Below are positions 38,180-51,379 of a DNA stretch of 64,000 nucleotides, piece after piece (the first letter of the stretch is position 1; each line of letters starts with the position of its first letter). The notes beneath the pieces are model-generated. The model had not been told where the DNA came from. It made no database searches and was given only the letters and a program-made list of their open reading frames with translations. Origin of the DNA: Octopus sinensis (lineage: Eukaryota); the NCBI RefSeq assembly GCF_006345805.1, contig NC_042999.1:100812001-100876000 (forward strand). The letters are read 5' to 3'. The position numbers and the translations under genes are program-made.

Positions 38180-40519
38180 ACAGACAGACAGAAGGAGTGG
38201 GAGGGTGTATGTCTGCACAAGTAAATATTTTCCTATATTTTCTTTTCGCCTTCCAAAATCTTTGACATTCATAATTACAGATTGACTTTTAGCTTTAAGA
38301 TTAATTTCTTGATTTAAAACTAGGTCTATATCTGAATTTAGTTAATATGTGTGTCAATATGATAATCAGGTTCTTCATAAGAGTTTTGGGAATCATCAAT
38401 GGTAAAATGGAATTAGAAATTTTTTTTTATTTAAAATATGCTTGATAACATCCATGCTGTGAGAAGTTTCGAATATCAAACAGAATATTAATGAGTTGAT
38501 TTGCTATTTTGCTGAAGGTAAAGTGAATTGGTATTCACCTATTTACATTTTTCTTTAGTGGTAAGGATGAGATAGAAACAGAAATTTTATATAGATTATA
38601 AGTATCTCATAATTTATTCACATATTTATAGATTTAACTATTTTAAGCAGGTACAAGCACGACATTTTTACTTGCATTTATTTTAAATATTTTTTTACAT
38701 GAAAAAAAAAAAAAATAGCTTGAAGAGATTTATTCTGTGATTCCTCATTTCACAAAAGATTAAGAAAGTCAAATATGAAAGAAAATTACTGCAAGCTAAT
38801 TTATACATAAAACAGGTGTAATAAGAAAGAAAAATGAGAAAAAATGTTGACATATATTAATATCTTTTAGATCTTTCATTTATATATTTTGAGTTTGTTG
38901 ATTTCACAGATTCAAACTTCAAAACTTTTACAACTCCAATAGCAAATCACTATTAACAAGAACAACAACAAAATACAACTTGATTTAGAAGCTAACAGTA
39001 TCAATATTTTAGATAAGACTTAAGATGATTTCAAGATAATACTCTAAAAGATGACATTGGACACTTTCAAGAAAACAATTTCTGAAGTATGTGTTGGAAG
39101 AAATACATTGAGGAAGTTTTTCTTCAGCCAAAGGCTCTTCGTGTAGTCAATCCTTACTTTTAATCTCAAGTTAGTAATTTTCATTTCTCTGATTCTCGTT
39201 AATCAAAAGTGACAAAACTGTTGAGCTACAGAACTTTTGTTTACTCAAATGATGTTAATGAAGACATGAAAAATTAATATTCACACACACACACACAAGC
39301 TGCATAGTGACTGAAAGTTTTTAGACTAGATAAAAAAAAGAAATAACGTATCCAGTTAATTGCATCTATGTTGCGCTCAAACATTTTATCACATTTTGGT
39401 TACTCTCAATATCAAGTGCACATGGGAGAAGAAAAGCATCAATTTCTTACTTTTTACAAAAAAAAAAAAAAAAAAAAAATGAATTGTGCCCCAAAGGAAC
39501 TTTGAAGAAAAAGATGTTTTGATATTTTTCTTTTAGGTTTGATTTGTCGAAGAATTAACCTCAAAATGTCAGCCTCCTCTTTATTTTCTATAGATTCAAA
39601 TTCACTGCTATTTTGACATTTAAACAATAAAAATTGAGAATGAGGAGATGAGGAACCCCTCTTATTAAGTTATTCTAGCTAGCTAAGCATGTCACTAATT
39701 CTTTTATGATCCACTCTGAAGTATTAAGCATCCATGCAAACATTATCAAAATGTCTTGAAATATTTTTTAATCCTTTGTATGACAAATTACTCTTGGCAA
39801 CATTTGTGGTTACTTTCAAACTACTTTAAGCTGCTATAACATAAAGATCAAATAAAAAACATATGTATGCCTACATAACATTTTCAATTCACTACCACAG
39901 AGTATATTTGTTATATAACATTTTTACATTCATTACCACTCAACTTACCTGCTATTTAGCAAAATGTCTTACAACTGTTTCTTTCAAATTGAAATTTCAC
40001 AAACTATTTTCTGTTTTATGTTCACTTGTAAATTTTCATTTATCCTAACATTCATTTAGTAAGACACATTTTTTTTAATAGAAATACATTCATCTCAAAA
40101 CAATTTAAAATTATATTATCAATAAGAAATTGCTTTCTTAAGAGTTTGTATGGATTTAGATATGAATAAAATTAACTTGTATATAACTTGTGTATGCTTT
40201 GAAATTTTTAAAGAATATATAAATATATATTTGTAAGTTGCACTTCTTTGGCAAGTGATTGGATGTGAATTTAGCTGTGAAACTAACACTACCACATCAG
40301 AGTAGAAGGATATTCTCATTTAGAATACTGAACTCACTCGTTTTTTTTTCTTTCTATGTCTCTTTCTCCTATAAACTTGCACAGCCATGTGTGTATAGGT
40401 TGGTTGGCAAAAGTGGGGAAAAGAAAATTGAACTGGCAAGTGACAAAGACTTCTGATGCATTCAAAAAGTTATCCAAGGTTTGGCAAAGCAAGAAATCTC
40501 TAATTTGTGACATGGTTTT

Positions 40520-41856
40520 CTCAATTTTAGAATATTATCTTATTTAAGAATAAGAATATGTGGAGGTATACCTGAAGGCTCCAAGGAATTCAAAACTTTA
40601 GTGGGATAAAACCAATCTAGATCTCCATTGTGGACTTCTAGGCCTGGGAAGACCTGGTTCTGAAGACTCTGGATAGTACTGGCTATTGTGCAAATGTTAC
40701 TTATGTCAACATCTTCATTTCCATCTTCTGGAACTTCACTATTGCCAAGAAGGAGAATGTCCCTCGCAAAATCTTCTGGCAATGGGTCCTTATGGAGGCA
40801 CGCTCTCATGTTCGATTCTAACTTTAAAGTAACAACATGACCTCATAGAGGTGAAGACTTAAGACACGCCATTACTTCATCCGCCCTTGTGCTTTTTGGA
40901 ATCACTGGCAAGGTTTATCTAAAGTTCCCAGGTAGCAAGACAGTGACACCCCACCATCGGTTTGTGGTTTTCCATTATGTCTTGCAAAGTTCTATCTAAT
41001 GCTGCAAGGGCACCCTTGTGAGCCATTGTGCATTCATCCCAAACAATCAGGCAGCATTGTGGGAGCAATTGCCCATTGTCTGACGTCTTTGAAATGTTGC
41101 AAACAGGCGTTGGTGAACTTGCAAGGTTAAAGGGAAGCTTAAACATAGAATGTGCAGTCCTACCACAAGGGAGCAGAGTAGCAGCTATGCCCGAAGTTGC
41201 CATAGCTATTGTGATGCACTTTTGTAGCCTTACTTTTGCAAGAATTAGTCTAGTTATGAACGTTTTGCCTATCCCACCAGGAGCATTAAGGAAGAAAACA
41301 CCACCTTTATGACCCTGGACTTGCTGAACGATAGTGTCATAGGCGTGCTTCTGGTCAGGTAGCAAGAGTGTCTCATTGATCTGTACATTTGCGGATAGTT
41401 CAGTAATGTCGTAAGATGTTTCCCAAACAATCTCCAATGGGAGATCATTTGAGTTAGGCTTTGCAGCGGGGGTGAAGGCTATTAGTGATCATTACGTCAC
41501 CACCTAAAGCTAAAGTTTTGTTCTCAATCTCAATCAGTGCTAGGTTGTATATTGTATCGGTGAAACCATACTCAATTTCATTTTTACCAAATAATTAACA
41601 AAGGAAGGAATGGGTTATTTCCCTTGGAAGTTTAAAAATAATTACATCCACCGTTCAACCGTGCCCAAATGTTGTCCCTCCACTATTTACCCAAACATTT
41701 TTTGAAATAAATTTATACTTAAAACCTCCCCAGACACATAAACAATGTGCATGTGAAGTTTAAGAAAAATCGGTCAAGCCGTTTTGGTGCAAAACGAGGA
41801 CATACCAATACACACACACACACACACACACATTTTCAGTTTTCATATGCAAGATA
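40520..41856 (-). mobile_element. Internally deleted Helitron (5' terminus and PIF1-like helicase fragment)
   Basis: FFLNAPGGIGKTF (Walker A), ATSGIAATLL...GRTAHSMFKLP, LIVWDECTM, LNSLEPSGIPPHILILK; candidate 5' end A|TCTTGCATATGAAAACTG at 41856 followed by a (GT)n tract. Confidence 0.85.
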
Positions 41857-43652
41857 TTTCCACAAGTTCATTGTTACTATTGTATTTTGAATAAATTTAT
41901 GTTCCATGGAGGAGAATATAATTTTCTATGCCTGGAGCTTTCATGTTATTGATAACATTGCATGTAACACATTTTGATGAAGGCAATACCTCAAAATTTA
42001 TGTAAGACAAGATTGTATTCATTTTTCACAGACTGCAGTCAATGAAGAGAGTCAAACTGTATGATTTACAATATTTACATCTGTGAGGGCAAAAGTATTT
42101 GATTATTAAATTAAATCCTTCATGGTATTTAGTTGTGTTACGACACACTGAAATTGATCTTCACCAAAAGGCTGAGAAAGAAGAAACTGTTTGGTAGTGC
42201 TGCATTATGTTCTGAGTTCAAATTCCTCCTGAACATTAGCCAAATGCTGATTCATTTGTGTATATCTCTCTCTGTCTTACAAGTTCCAAACAACACTCAG
42301 CAACTACAAACCCTCAAACAAACAAGGGAACCTCAATGTAGTCAACCTGCAAGAAATAGCATCCAAATCACCCTCAAAGCACACTCTGCCATCGCTGAAT
42401 AATGCCCTCCTGGACATATCCATGGAAAGAAAGGATGGTCATAAATGAGTGAAATACTTCTAGGATGGGAACAAGTGCATGCCAGAAATATTGGTCTTTC
42501 TAGTGCTACCACATCTAAACTTAGTAAACTGAGAGTGTTCAGCTTGAGTCCTTGCCTGTCCCTGTCACCAGACCACATGTGTATATACATTTTAATCTTA
42601 ATTGCAAAAAATTGGCAAGCAAAAGGGTGGGAAAAGACATCTTTGTTTTAAATGTTGGCAATCTGGTGTTTTAGAACTGTTTGTCTTAGGAATGCTAAAT
42701 GTATCTCTCAAGTATCTTCACTTTGGAATTCTTTCAAATAAATCTGACTTTGTCTTCAGGAAAAATGTATTTAGTTCCCCTCCATGTGTTGTCATACTTG
42801 TGTGTTTTGGGATAAACTCCTTAACACGTTCATGTCTTTCAATCCTCTGCAATTTTACTTGAAGTTACAGAGAACTGACTGTAGCTGATGTGTCTTTTGT
42901 TTTTTTCTTTTATTTTCTGCTGTTGTAGTTGTTGTTGTGGATTCTATTCTTGTTGAAGTTGATTGTGTTCTTGATCAACTCAAGATGTAGAATGTTTTTG
43001 ATCTTATTGCTCTCTTTGCAACTGCTGGTATTATTGGCTAGTTGGTTGGCTCATTTGTCTTGCCTTACTCTCTCTCTCTCTCTTTCTGTTTGAGTAGCGA
43101 AATTTTTGGGCGTTGTGGCTCTGATCCTGTGTTTTTCATACTTCACACTGCTTTCAGTTTGTCAATGTTTGAATTCTCTATCTTCCATACTTCTCAAACT
43201 CTACCCCATTACCACCATCATTGTTATAATTTCAGGAATCAGAGTAACAATGTTGTCGCTATTGTAGCTACAATAGTGACAACATGGATTTCTTCCATCT
43301 GTTATCCAACATGGATTTCTTCCATTTCTTCTTGCTCTGTTAAAGTATTTGAGAAAAATGATATTAATGTGTCCAGCTGATTAAAATTCTATTTATTTGT
43401 GCAGCCGATGATAGACCTGCATTTAAATTGATGTAATGATAGCATTGTTCAATTAAATGGAGCTGCTTGAAACAGTTGTACTGCATCACTTCTTGATATC
43501 CTGTTGGTTATTTTGATTTTATTCACCTTACTTCGAGCTGTGTGTATAATACCAGATTGACTTGGTGCTTCAACTTAAATACCTAATTAAACTGAATCTC
43601 AATTATTTCTTTTTTTTTATATATATATATATATACATACATACAAACATAC

Positions 43653-43683
<31 letters not shown>

Positions 43684-44369
43684 ATATATATATACACACA
43701 CATATATATATATATACATATATATATACACACATATACATATACATATTATATAGCAAAATAATATATAATTTTGTATAATGTGTATGTGTGTGTCAGA
43801 AATGCACAGTATATACATGTAAAACAATTATGGTAGAATCAGTGACTTACACCATTTTGCTTAAGATTCTCTAAATGTATCATAGAAGATTGCCACATTT
43901 CATGTGACAGAAGGAAAATACTTTGACTCAATAATGCAGACTAGCAAATATTTGTTTACTTGTATTTTCAAAACAGTAATTCTATTTAGCCTCTTTCATG
44001 TTGCATACACAATTTGGTCACACCACATTTATGTGTATCTGCAAACACATGCAAACACTTACACATAAATGCACACATATCCTCTGTGTGTGTGATGTGT
44101 GTCTTTGCAAGTGCTTGCATGTGTGTGTACATATTTATATTTATATTATATATGTATGTGTATTCATACATATATGTATATGATAATGTTGATGACGATG
44201 ATAGTGATGATGATAATAATGATAACAATGTACACACATATATATATAACTCTATATGTGCATACACATACATATATGAGCAAATATGTCAGTGTATGTA
44301 TATACATATGCATACACATACATATATACATACACATATAAATGTAAACATACAGGTATACATATATTT

Positions 44370-44815
44370 ATACACATACATACATACATACATACATACA
44401 TACATACATACATACATACATACATACATGCATGCATGCATGCATATATACAGCCACTATAGTTGTTGCAAGTATGAATGCAGACAAATAATGTACATAA
44501 TCTCTGCATATCTGGGTAGGTAGGTAGTTAGGTAGATATGTTGTTTGACAGATAGGTAAGTAGGTAGGTAGGTAGGTGGATGAACAGAACAGATGAACAG
44601 ATATATCTCAATGCTTTATTTGAAGCAATCATAGTTAATATGGGAAATACGAAGAATGCACAAGAAAGAAATAACATTAGAGGATCGTATATTTTCCATG
44701 TAAATGCTGCAACACTGAAATAGAGTCATGTTTTAGATATAGTTCAATCTTCCACAGCATGCCCTGCAGCATGTTAAAGAGCCGTGCATAATACCGCAAT
44801 TACACACACATATAC

Positions 44816-44908
<93 letters not shown>

Positions 44909-44933
44909 TATATATATATTATATATATTATAT

Positions 44934-44980
<47 letters not shown>

Positions 44981-45033
44981 ATACACACACATATGCATAA
45001 TATATAACATATATATATACACAAATATATATA

Positions 45034-45070
<37 letters not shown>

Positions 45071-45320
45071 TACACATAAATATATATATATATATAATAT
45101 ATATATATATATGTACACACACACACACCCTATAAATATATATATAATTTATAAATGATATATATATGATATATATATAATTTATAAATGATATATATAT
45201 ATGATACATAAATATATAATATATATATATATATAATCATTTAATGTGATGATGATGATGACATATATACATATACATATACATATTACACATATAAATA
45301 CATATATATATATATATATA
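44370..45320. repeat. Large compound (ACAT)n/(TA)n microsatellite field
   Basis: Directly visible; includes a 33-bp duplicated unit near 45135-45205. Confidence 0.9.
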
Positions 45321-46079
45321 TATGCATCCAACCCATGCTAGCATGGAAAATGGATGTTAAATGATGATGATGATGATGATGAAGATATATATGTGTATAT
45401 ATATATATATACACATATATATGGTCATCTTAGAGAGTTCAATAAGATCTGATAATCCAAACGGCTGCATTGGGCTGCGATGTCTAATCTGGCAAGATTT
45501 CTGTGGCTGGATGCCCTTTTCAATACCAAGCACTTTACATGAGTGCTGTTTCATGACACCAATGCCAATGAGTTCATCGCTCCTTAACAGAGTGGTGAGG
45601 CAGTCTAGAAGAAGGTGGCTTTGTGCCAAGTATGATAGAGGGCCTGGAGCAGGTGTCTTGCTGTAGAGGGTATACATGGCTACCCTCAGAAGGCAAGTGG
45701 GGATAGGATGGTGGAGAAGAGGTGTCAAAGCATACTTTCAAGATGAAAGAAGGTAGATAAAAAGAGAAGACCAAGAATCAAGGATGACTGGGTGGGTAAG
45801 ATCATGAGAGTGTGAAAGGAAAGTGTAAGACAGTAGAGATGAGTCTAGTGAATGCAGTGAACATAGATGGAGTCATTGACAATGTGAATCTCAGTTTGGG
45901 GAATGTCAGCAGGATAGGAGTGGGTAAGAGAAAAGGAGGTGATAGATGGTAATACATAAAAATGGGCAGTGTTTGGAGAGCAACAGTATAATAAAATTGT
46001 AGATAGACAAGAAGGAAGATGAAGTATGGGGAAAAAAGAAGATGCACAAAAGTTCAGAAGCACAGAGGGATGTAAGCAG

Positions 46080-46520
46080 GGGATAACTTTCCAGTAATAT
46101 GATACCTCTGTATATACTACTCACTAAGGCATCTCCTTTACTCTTGTAGCTGTTGACTATAATTCTGCTACACCGGCCACAAGGTATGATGCCTTCCTGT
46201 ACAACTTGATTAACTATATAGGTGACAAAGCCATAGCCCACATTGCCAAATATTTTAAGCATCTCTTTAGTAGTTCCTAATGAACCAGGAACATTCCTTG
46301 TCTTTATATCTTTCTGTCTATTATACTGATATCAATTAAAATGCCTGATCCTTCTATTGCACTTACAATTGGAAGGCTCTGTTTCTCCCACGTATTCAAT
46401 ATGTTTAGAAGCCTTTTGTAATAGTACTTCCATTTTACTTTCTTTTCAGAATCATGAAATGCACTATAATTCATCCACACACACACTTCTCTCGCACAAC
46501 ATTTTGATATTTTCTTATAC
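46080..46520 (-). mobile_element. RTE-clade LINE RT N-terminal fragment
   Basis: MLKIFGNVGYGFVTYIVNQVVQEGIIP...IVNSYKSKGDALVSSIYRGIILL. Confidence 0.8.
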
Positions 46521-48501
46521 AATCTCTTGTTCTGAAACTTATATCTCTGGCCCTCACACTGTAGAACAAGATGAGCATTTTCCCAGTCAAAGTAGTATTC
46601 TTGTATTTCAAGAAAGGATGTGAGGCACAGAATTAGACCAGTCCCTCAAGCTGTGGTCACTTCAAAATAATTATACAGTTGAAAAACATGGACACTTTAT
46701 TGTTGAGACATCAAAAAGCAGGAGCATTTCCACCAACAAAAAATCCATCTTAAGCATCAAATGAAAACACTACATAAATAACAATGCTAACAGAAAGACC
46801 AACAGTTGGAGCGTAGAATCAATTATGATGAAAGACTATCTATAATAGTTGAGATATGCAATAAGAATGAAAGAAGAGAGGTTTCTTTGTCAAATCTTCT
46901 TCAGCAAATTAACTACTAGCAAAAGATCATGAAGATGCCTTCTAAAATCAGCTTTCAAAATGGCTGGAATTGACACAAAACAGAAAAACTAAAGCCAGAA
47001 CTACTCTAAATGGTATCAATCTATTGTCATCAGAAGTGACTTTTCTGAAGTCAAAAGAAAAAGAAAAGTTGAAGAAATATGCAAAGAACACAAAACTCAA
47101 CAACAACCTTGCCCTCCACCAACTCTTCCTTGCCATCTTTGTTGCTTCCTGTTTTACATGATGATTAAACTTTTCAGTCATCAACATTTATCATGCTAGT
47201 GTTGTGCACCTGATCAAAAATCAGCTGTGCAAGAATCCATCAACTATCACCATGTGAATGTATACTTTCTCTCAGGAGCAGAAAACAGACATCCTGCATC
47301 AACCAACATCAACTTATAATCAAATATCTTCCTTATTAAGTAAAAATCTTCAGAGCTACAACTAATCAACATTGTACAATGAAAGGTACGTCTGATGAGG
47401 TGTTAGATTTGGGGTGAGTAGATGAGTGCTCTGTGCAAGAAGTGGAATAGAGGGGATTTTCATCCAGATTTTGCACAGGCAAAAAACAAGTACAAATTCT
47501 TCTGGGTAGATAATAATGATGGATTAGGACAGTCATGCTAGTGACAAAGAATTTGGTAAATAAAGTAACTAAGCATTGCAAAAAAACTGGTTTTATGAGG
47601 CCTTCTTTTGAACCATCTTAGTCATAAATTATAGCAAGATCACTATTTTGTAGTAACTGTTAGCAGACATGTTGAACAACATTGCAATGGTTACTCCAGG
47701 TTACATCATGGTTATGAATATAGTTTATGGAATAAACTGAGCAGTTAGTTTATTTGCATCTACTGTGATGCAAATGAAGTATTTACAACATGAAGTTCAA
47801 GAAACCAACCACAGGAAATGTAACAGATAAATAGTTACTAATACTAAATTTTATCCCCGGTAAAGAATAACTATTTTAATATTGACTAGTTAATTAGTAA
47901 TTGCAGAATAAGTGCTAGATGGAATCAGAGAGAAAAGCTAATCTGGAGTAGTAATTGGTGGAGACCGAATGCATATAGATGAGGATAGTCAGGTAAAGAA
48001 ATACCAGAATATTCAAGTCAAAGAAAACTGCAGATGAAAAAAACTGAGGAAGACATGGGCAGAAGTGTAAAAAGCTAATCTCAGTATGCTGGTTCTTACA
48101 AAAGGGACAGCAAAGGAAAGCAACAAAGTGCGAAACCATTATGCTGAAGAGAATTCAATGAATTCATGCAAGCATGGAAAAATAAACATAAAAATGATGG
48201 TGATACCCATAAACAAATGTATATGTACAGACACCCTACATGGGAACGCATACATATATATATATTTATATGTATACACACGTCATGTGATGTTAATGTG
48301 AATAAGATAGCAGGTAATTCTGTTATCCATTAGACAGCCTGCAGTCAGTCTGTAATAGCAAATAAATGCTTATGTCACTTGTAAACAGGTATAGATATTT
48401 ATGTGTAAACATAAGAATAGACTAAACTAATTATATTTTCATTTCTTCCTCTTTCTATCTTTGCCTCAAAGCTCATAAATATATACATGCTTACATACAT
48501 T

Positions 48502-48533
<32 letters not shown>

Positions 48534-48610
48534 TACACACACACACACACATATATGTAGGTATGTATATATTGATCTATCTATATCTCCACTCTCTCTC
48601 TCTCTCTCCC

Positions 48611-48656
<46 letters not shown>

Positions 48657-48859
48657 TATAGGAGTGAGTGGTCAAACAAAAGAAGGGCATTCAACCAATT
48701 TATTGGTTGATCCATATATATATATTTTGATCCATATATATATGTATGGGTCAGTCATAGCTCTGTGGTTCTAATGTTCATAACCATGTCTTTCTTGGCA
48801 AAATACCACTGTTCTGTGTATAAATATGCATGTGTATGAATGCATATCCTTACCATCAT

Positions 48860-49220
48860 CACTATTGTTTTAACATCCGCTTTTTTCTAGCTTGCATGGA
48901 TCAGATGGATGCCATTCCAGTTGCCAACACACATCCACTTTCAGGTAAAGTAATGTTCCTCATGGGCAGAAATGTTTTCACAGAAGACTGGAAACAGACA
49001 GCACCTCTTGCATGATGGTACCAGTTATTTACAATTATTGCACAATGATACACACATGTGCACACACACACACACACACATTCAACAAGCTTTTCCTAGT
49101 TTTTGTCCATCAAGTTCATTCAGAAGGTTTCAGTTGGCCTGAGGCTACTGTAGATGACACCTGCCCATGGTGCTGTGAAGTAAGACTGGTTGAGACAAAA
49201 CTTCTCAGCCATTCACCCAT
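48860..49220 (-). mobile_element. SINE family A head with alternative body
   Basis: Head at 49070-49220, (CA)n hinge, body shared with 24340-24560. Confidence 0.6.
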
Positions 49221-49324
49221 TATTCCAACACACTCATAAAGTCACTTATATACATATTTGTGTGTGTATATATATATATATATACAGCCACACATCCACA
49301 TACACTTATATATATATATAAAGT

Positions 49325-50020
49325 TGGGTGTAAGACCTATCAGATGTGGTGTGCAAGAGAGACAACTGGTATGGTCATGTGATGTGTATGGACAAGGACA
49401 GCTGCATGAATGAAGTGCTGATCTCTAACTGTGGAGGGAACCTGTGGTAGAGGTAGACCTAGGAAGACATAGGACAAGGTGGTGAAGCATGATCTTTGAA
49501 CTTTGGGCCTCACAGAGGTAATAGCTAGTGACTGAGACCTTTAGCGATATACTATGCTTGAGAAGACTCATCAAGCCAAGTGAAATCGTAGTCATGGTTG
49601 ATGCTGGAGTCATGTAACTGGCACCTGTGCTGGGAGTACATAAAAAGCACCTTTTGAGTGTTGGGCCGCAGAGAGGCAAAGTGGTTGATGCCAGTGGCAT
49701 GTGAAAAGTTCATTTCAAGTGTTGGATCTCATGGAGGCAATGACCGAGACTTTTGGATTTATGTTGTGCTTGAAAAGAAAACTCAGCAAGCCAGGTAAAA
49801 ATGCAGTCATGGCAGATACTGGCATCATGCAAATGATATCCATGCCAGTGACATGTAAAAGCACCCATTACACTCTCGGAGTGGTTGGCATTAGGAAGAG
49901 CATCCAGCTGTAGAAAACAGACTGCTGTCTGGTGCAGCCTTCGAGCTTGCCAGCCCTGGTCAAACCATCCAACCCATGCCAGCATGGACAACGGACATTA
50001 AATGATGATGATGATGACGA
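49325..50020 (+). mobile_element. RTE LINE 3' end (ORF C-terminus, 3' UTR, (ATG)n tail)
   Basis: WYGHVMCMDKDSC...VEGTCGRGRPRKT*DKVVKHDL*TLGLTE; the 3' UTR is shared with the OK-type repeats. Confidence 0.85.
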
Positions 50021-50024
50021 TTAC

Positions 50025-50340
50025 ATATCATCATCATCGTTTAACGTCCGTTTTCCGTGCTAGCACAGGTTGGACGGTTCGACCGGGCTCTGGGAAGCCA
50101 GGAGGCAGCACCAGGCTCCAGTCTGATCTGGCAGTGTTTCTACAGCTGGATGCCCTTCCTAACGCCAACCACTCCATGAGTGTAGTGGGTGCTTTTTACG
50201 TGCCAGGGGAATCTGGCAGCGGCCACAATCGGTTGGTGCTTTTTACATGCCACCAGCACAGAAGCCAGTCAAGGCGGTGCTGGCGTCGGCCACATTCGGA
50301 TGGTGCTTTTTACGTGCCACTGGCACAGAAGCCAGTCAAT
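50025..50340 (-). mobile_element. OK-type SINE, tail-to-tail with the preceding RTE end
   Basis: (CAT)n then cgtccgttttccgtgctagc...ctggatgcccttcctaacgccaaccactcc and gtgctttttacgtgcc repeats. Confidence 0.85.
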
Positions 50341-50455
50341 TACATATATATATATACAAAAAATGTATATATACATACAAAAAATGTGACCGCATGTGTA
50401 TTGTTGGCGACTTTTTTCCTCCGTCTTCCCTTCCTTGGATCTTTCCTTTTCCTAT

Positions 50456-50490
50456 GTTTCTGATGAAGAGCTCTGCTCGAAATGTTAAAT
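50456..50490 (+). ncRNA. Minimal type-I hammerhead ribozyme-like motif (best preserved copy)
   Basis: GTTT-CTGATGA-A-GAGC-tct-GCTC-GAA-ATGT-T-AAAT, inside a ~200-bp element (50380-50590). Confidence 0.7.
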
Positions 50491-51379
50491 CCTCCTTTCT
50501 TTCCTTTCCTGAGCATCCAGTAACACTATACTTGTTCCATGTCCTCACATTGTTGTGTTTTCTCTTTGTGTTTTCATGTTTGGATTAACTTTATATATAT
50601 ATATACATATGATGGAAATCTTCTGTCCAAGATGACATATGAGCTTTCAGTGAGAAGACACAAAAGCAAAAAAACATCCAACCAGGAATCCCAAATTAAT
50701 AGCAGAAACAGAAAAAACAAAAACCTGGATCCACCAGAAAACAGTACTAACACACAAATAAGTAATCAACAACACACCCATACTACTACTGCTACTATTC
50801 ACCAATGTTTACCATTCATTCACTTAACTTGGTGACTCTTCATATGAATCTCCAGACCACCAATCAATTTGCAAAGATAATCACAAACACCACACAAGCA
50901 ATGCAAATTACTTGAATCAATATGCATATGAGGCATGATTTATTAAATAAATCAGCACATGACTGAGAAGCTGCAATGTAGACAATGGTGGTTCATGGGA
51001 AGATTGTTGTTCTGTTAGTTTATTTTCTTTTTTTCTTTAACTGATTATGATGAAGTATGCTTTAAGTTTCAAAATTTTGAAGCTGAAAAATGCTCTCTTT
51101 CTTCTAGTCTGCATGGGTGCTTGCAAGATTCTTAAAGTTTTTCTTTGCTAATATTCAGGCATTTCAAATTATCTTTGAAATACCTGAATATTAGAAGTGG
51201 CCAGCCTATATTGCATCATAAATTTTCAAGCTGACCTAAAAGATTTGTTTCAGGATTCAACCAATATTCATGCAAGAGATGTGTCCACACTATCGTATCT
51301 GAGACATGACTAAGAAAGACTCTATACCAAGTAAACCACACATTTCCAGGACAGTGCTATTCTTTACTCTATCATCCCA

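Noticed and set aside
42600-43590. Coding-like minus-strand stretches considered as TULP4 upstream exons
   Set aside because: Multiple stops, no TULP4 WD40/SOCS motifs and no clean splice pairs; probably an old unclassified TE.
44690-44765. Minus-strand CTGTGGA-AGAT...ATCT-AAAA-CATG as a hammerhead relic
   Set aside because: Too many core changes to distinguish from chance.
43986-45209. Long ORFs such as YIYIYI and HTHTH in the ORF track
   Set aside because: Artefacts of translating (TA)n/(CA)n microsatellites.
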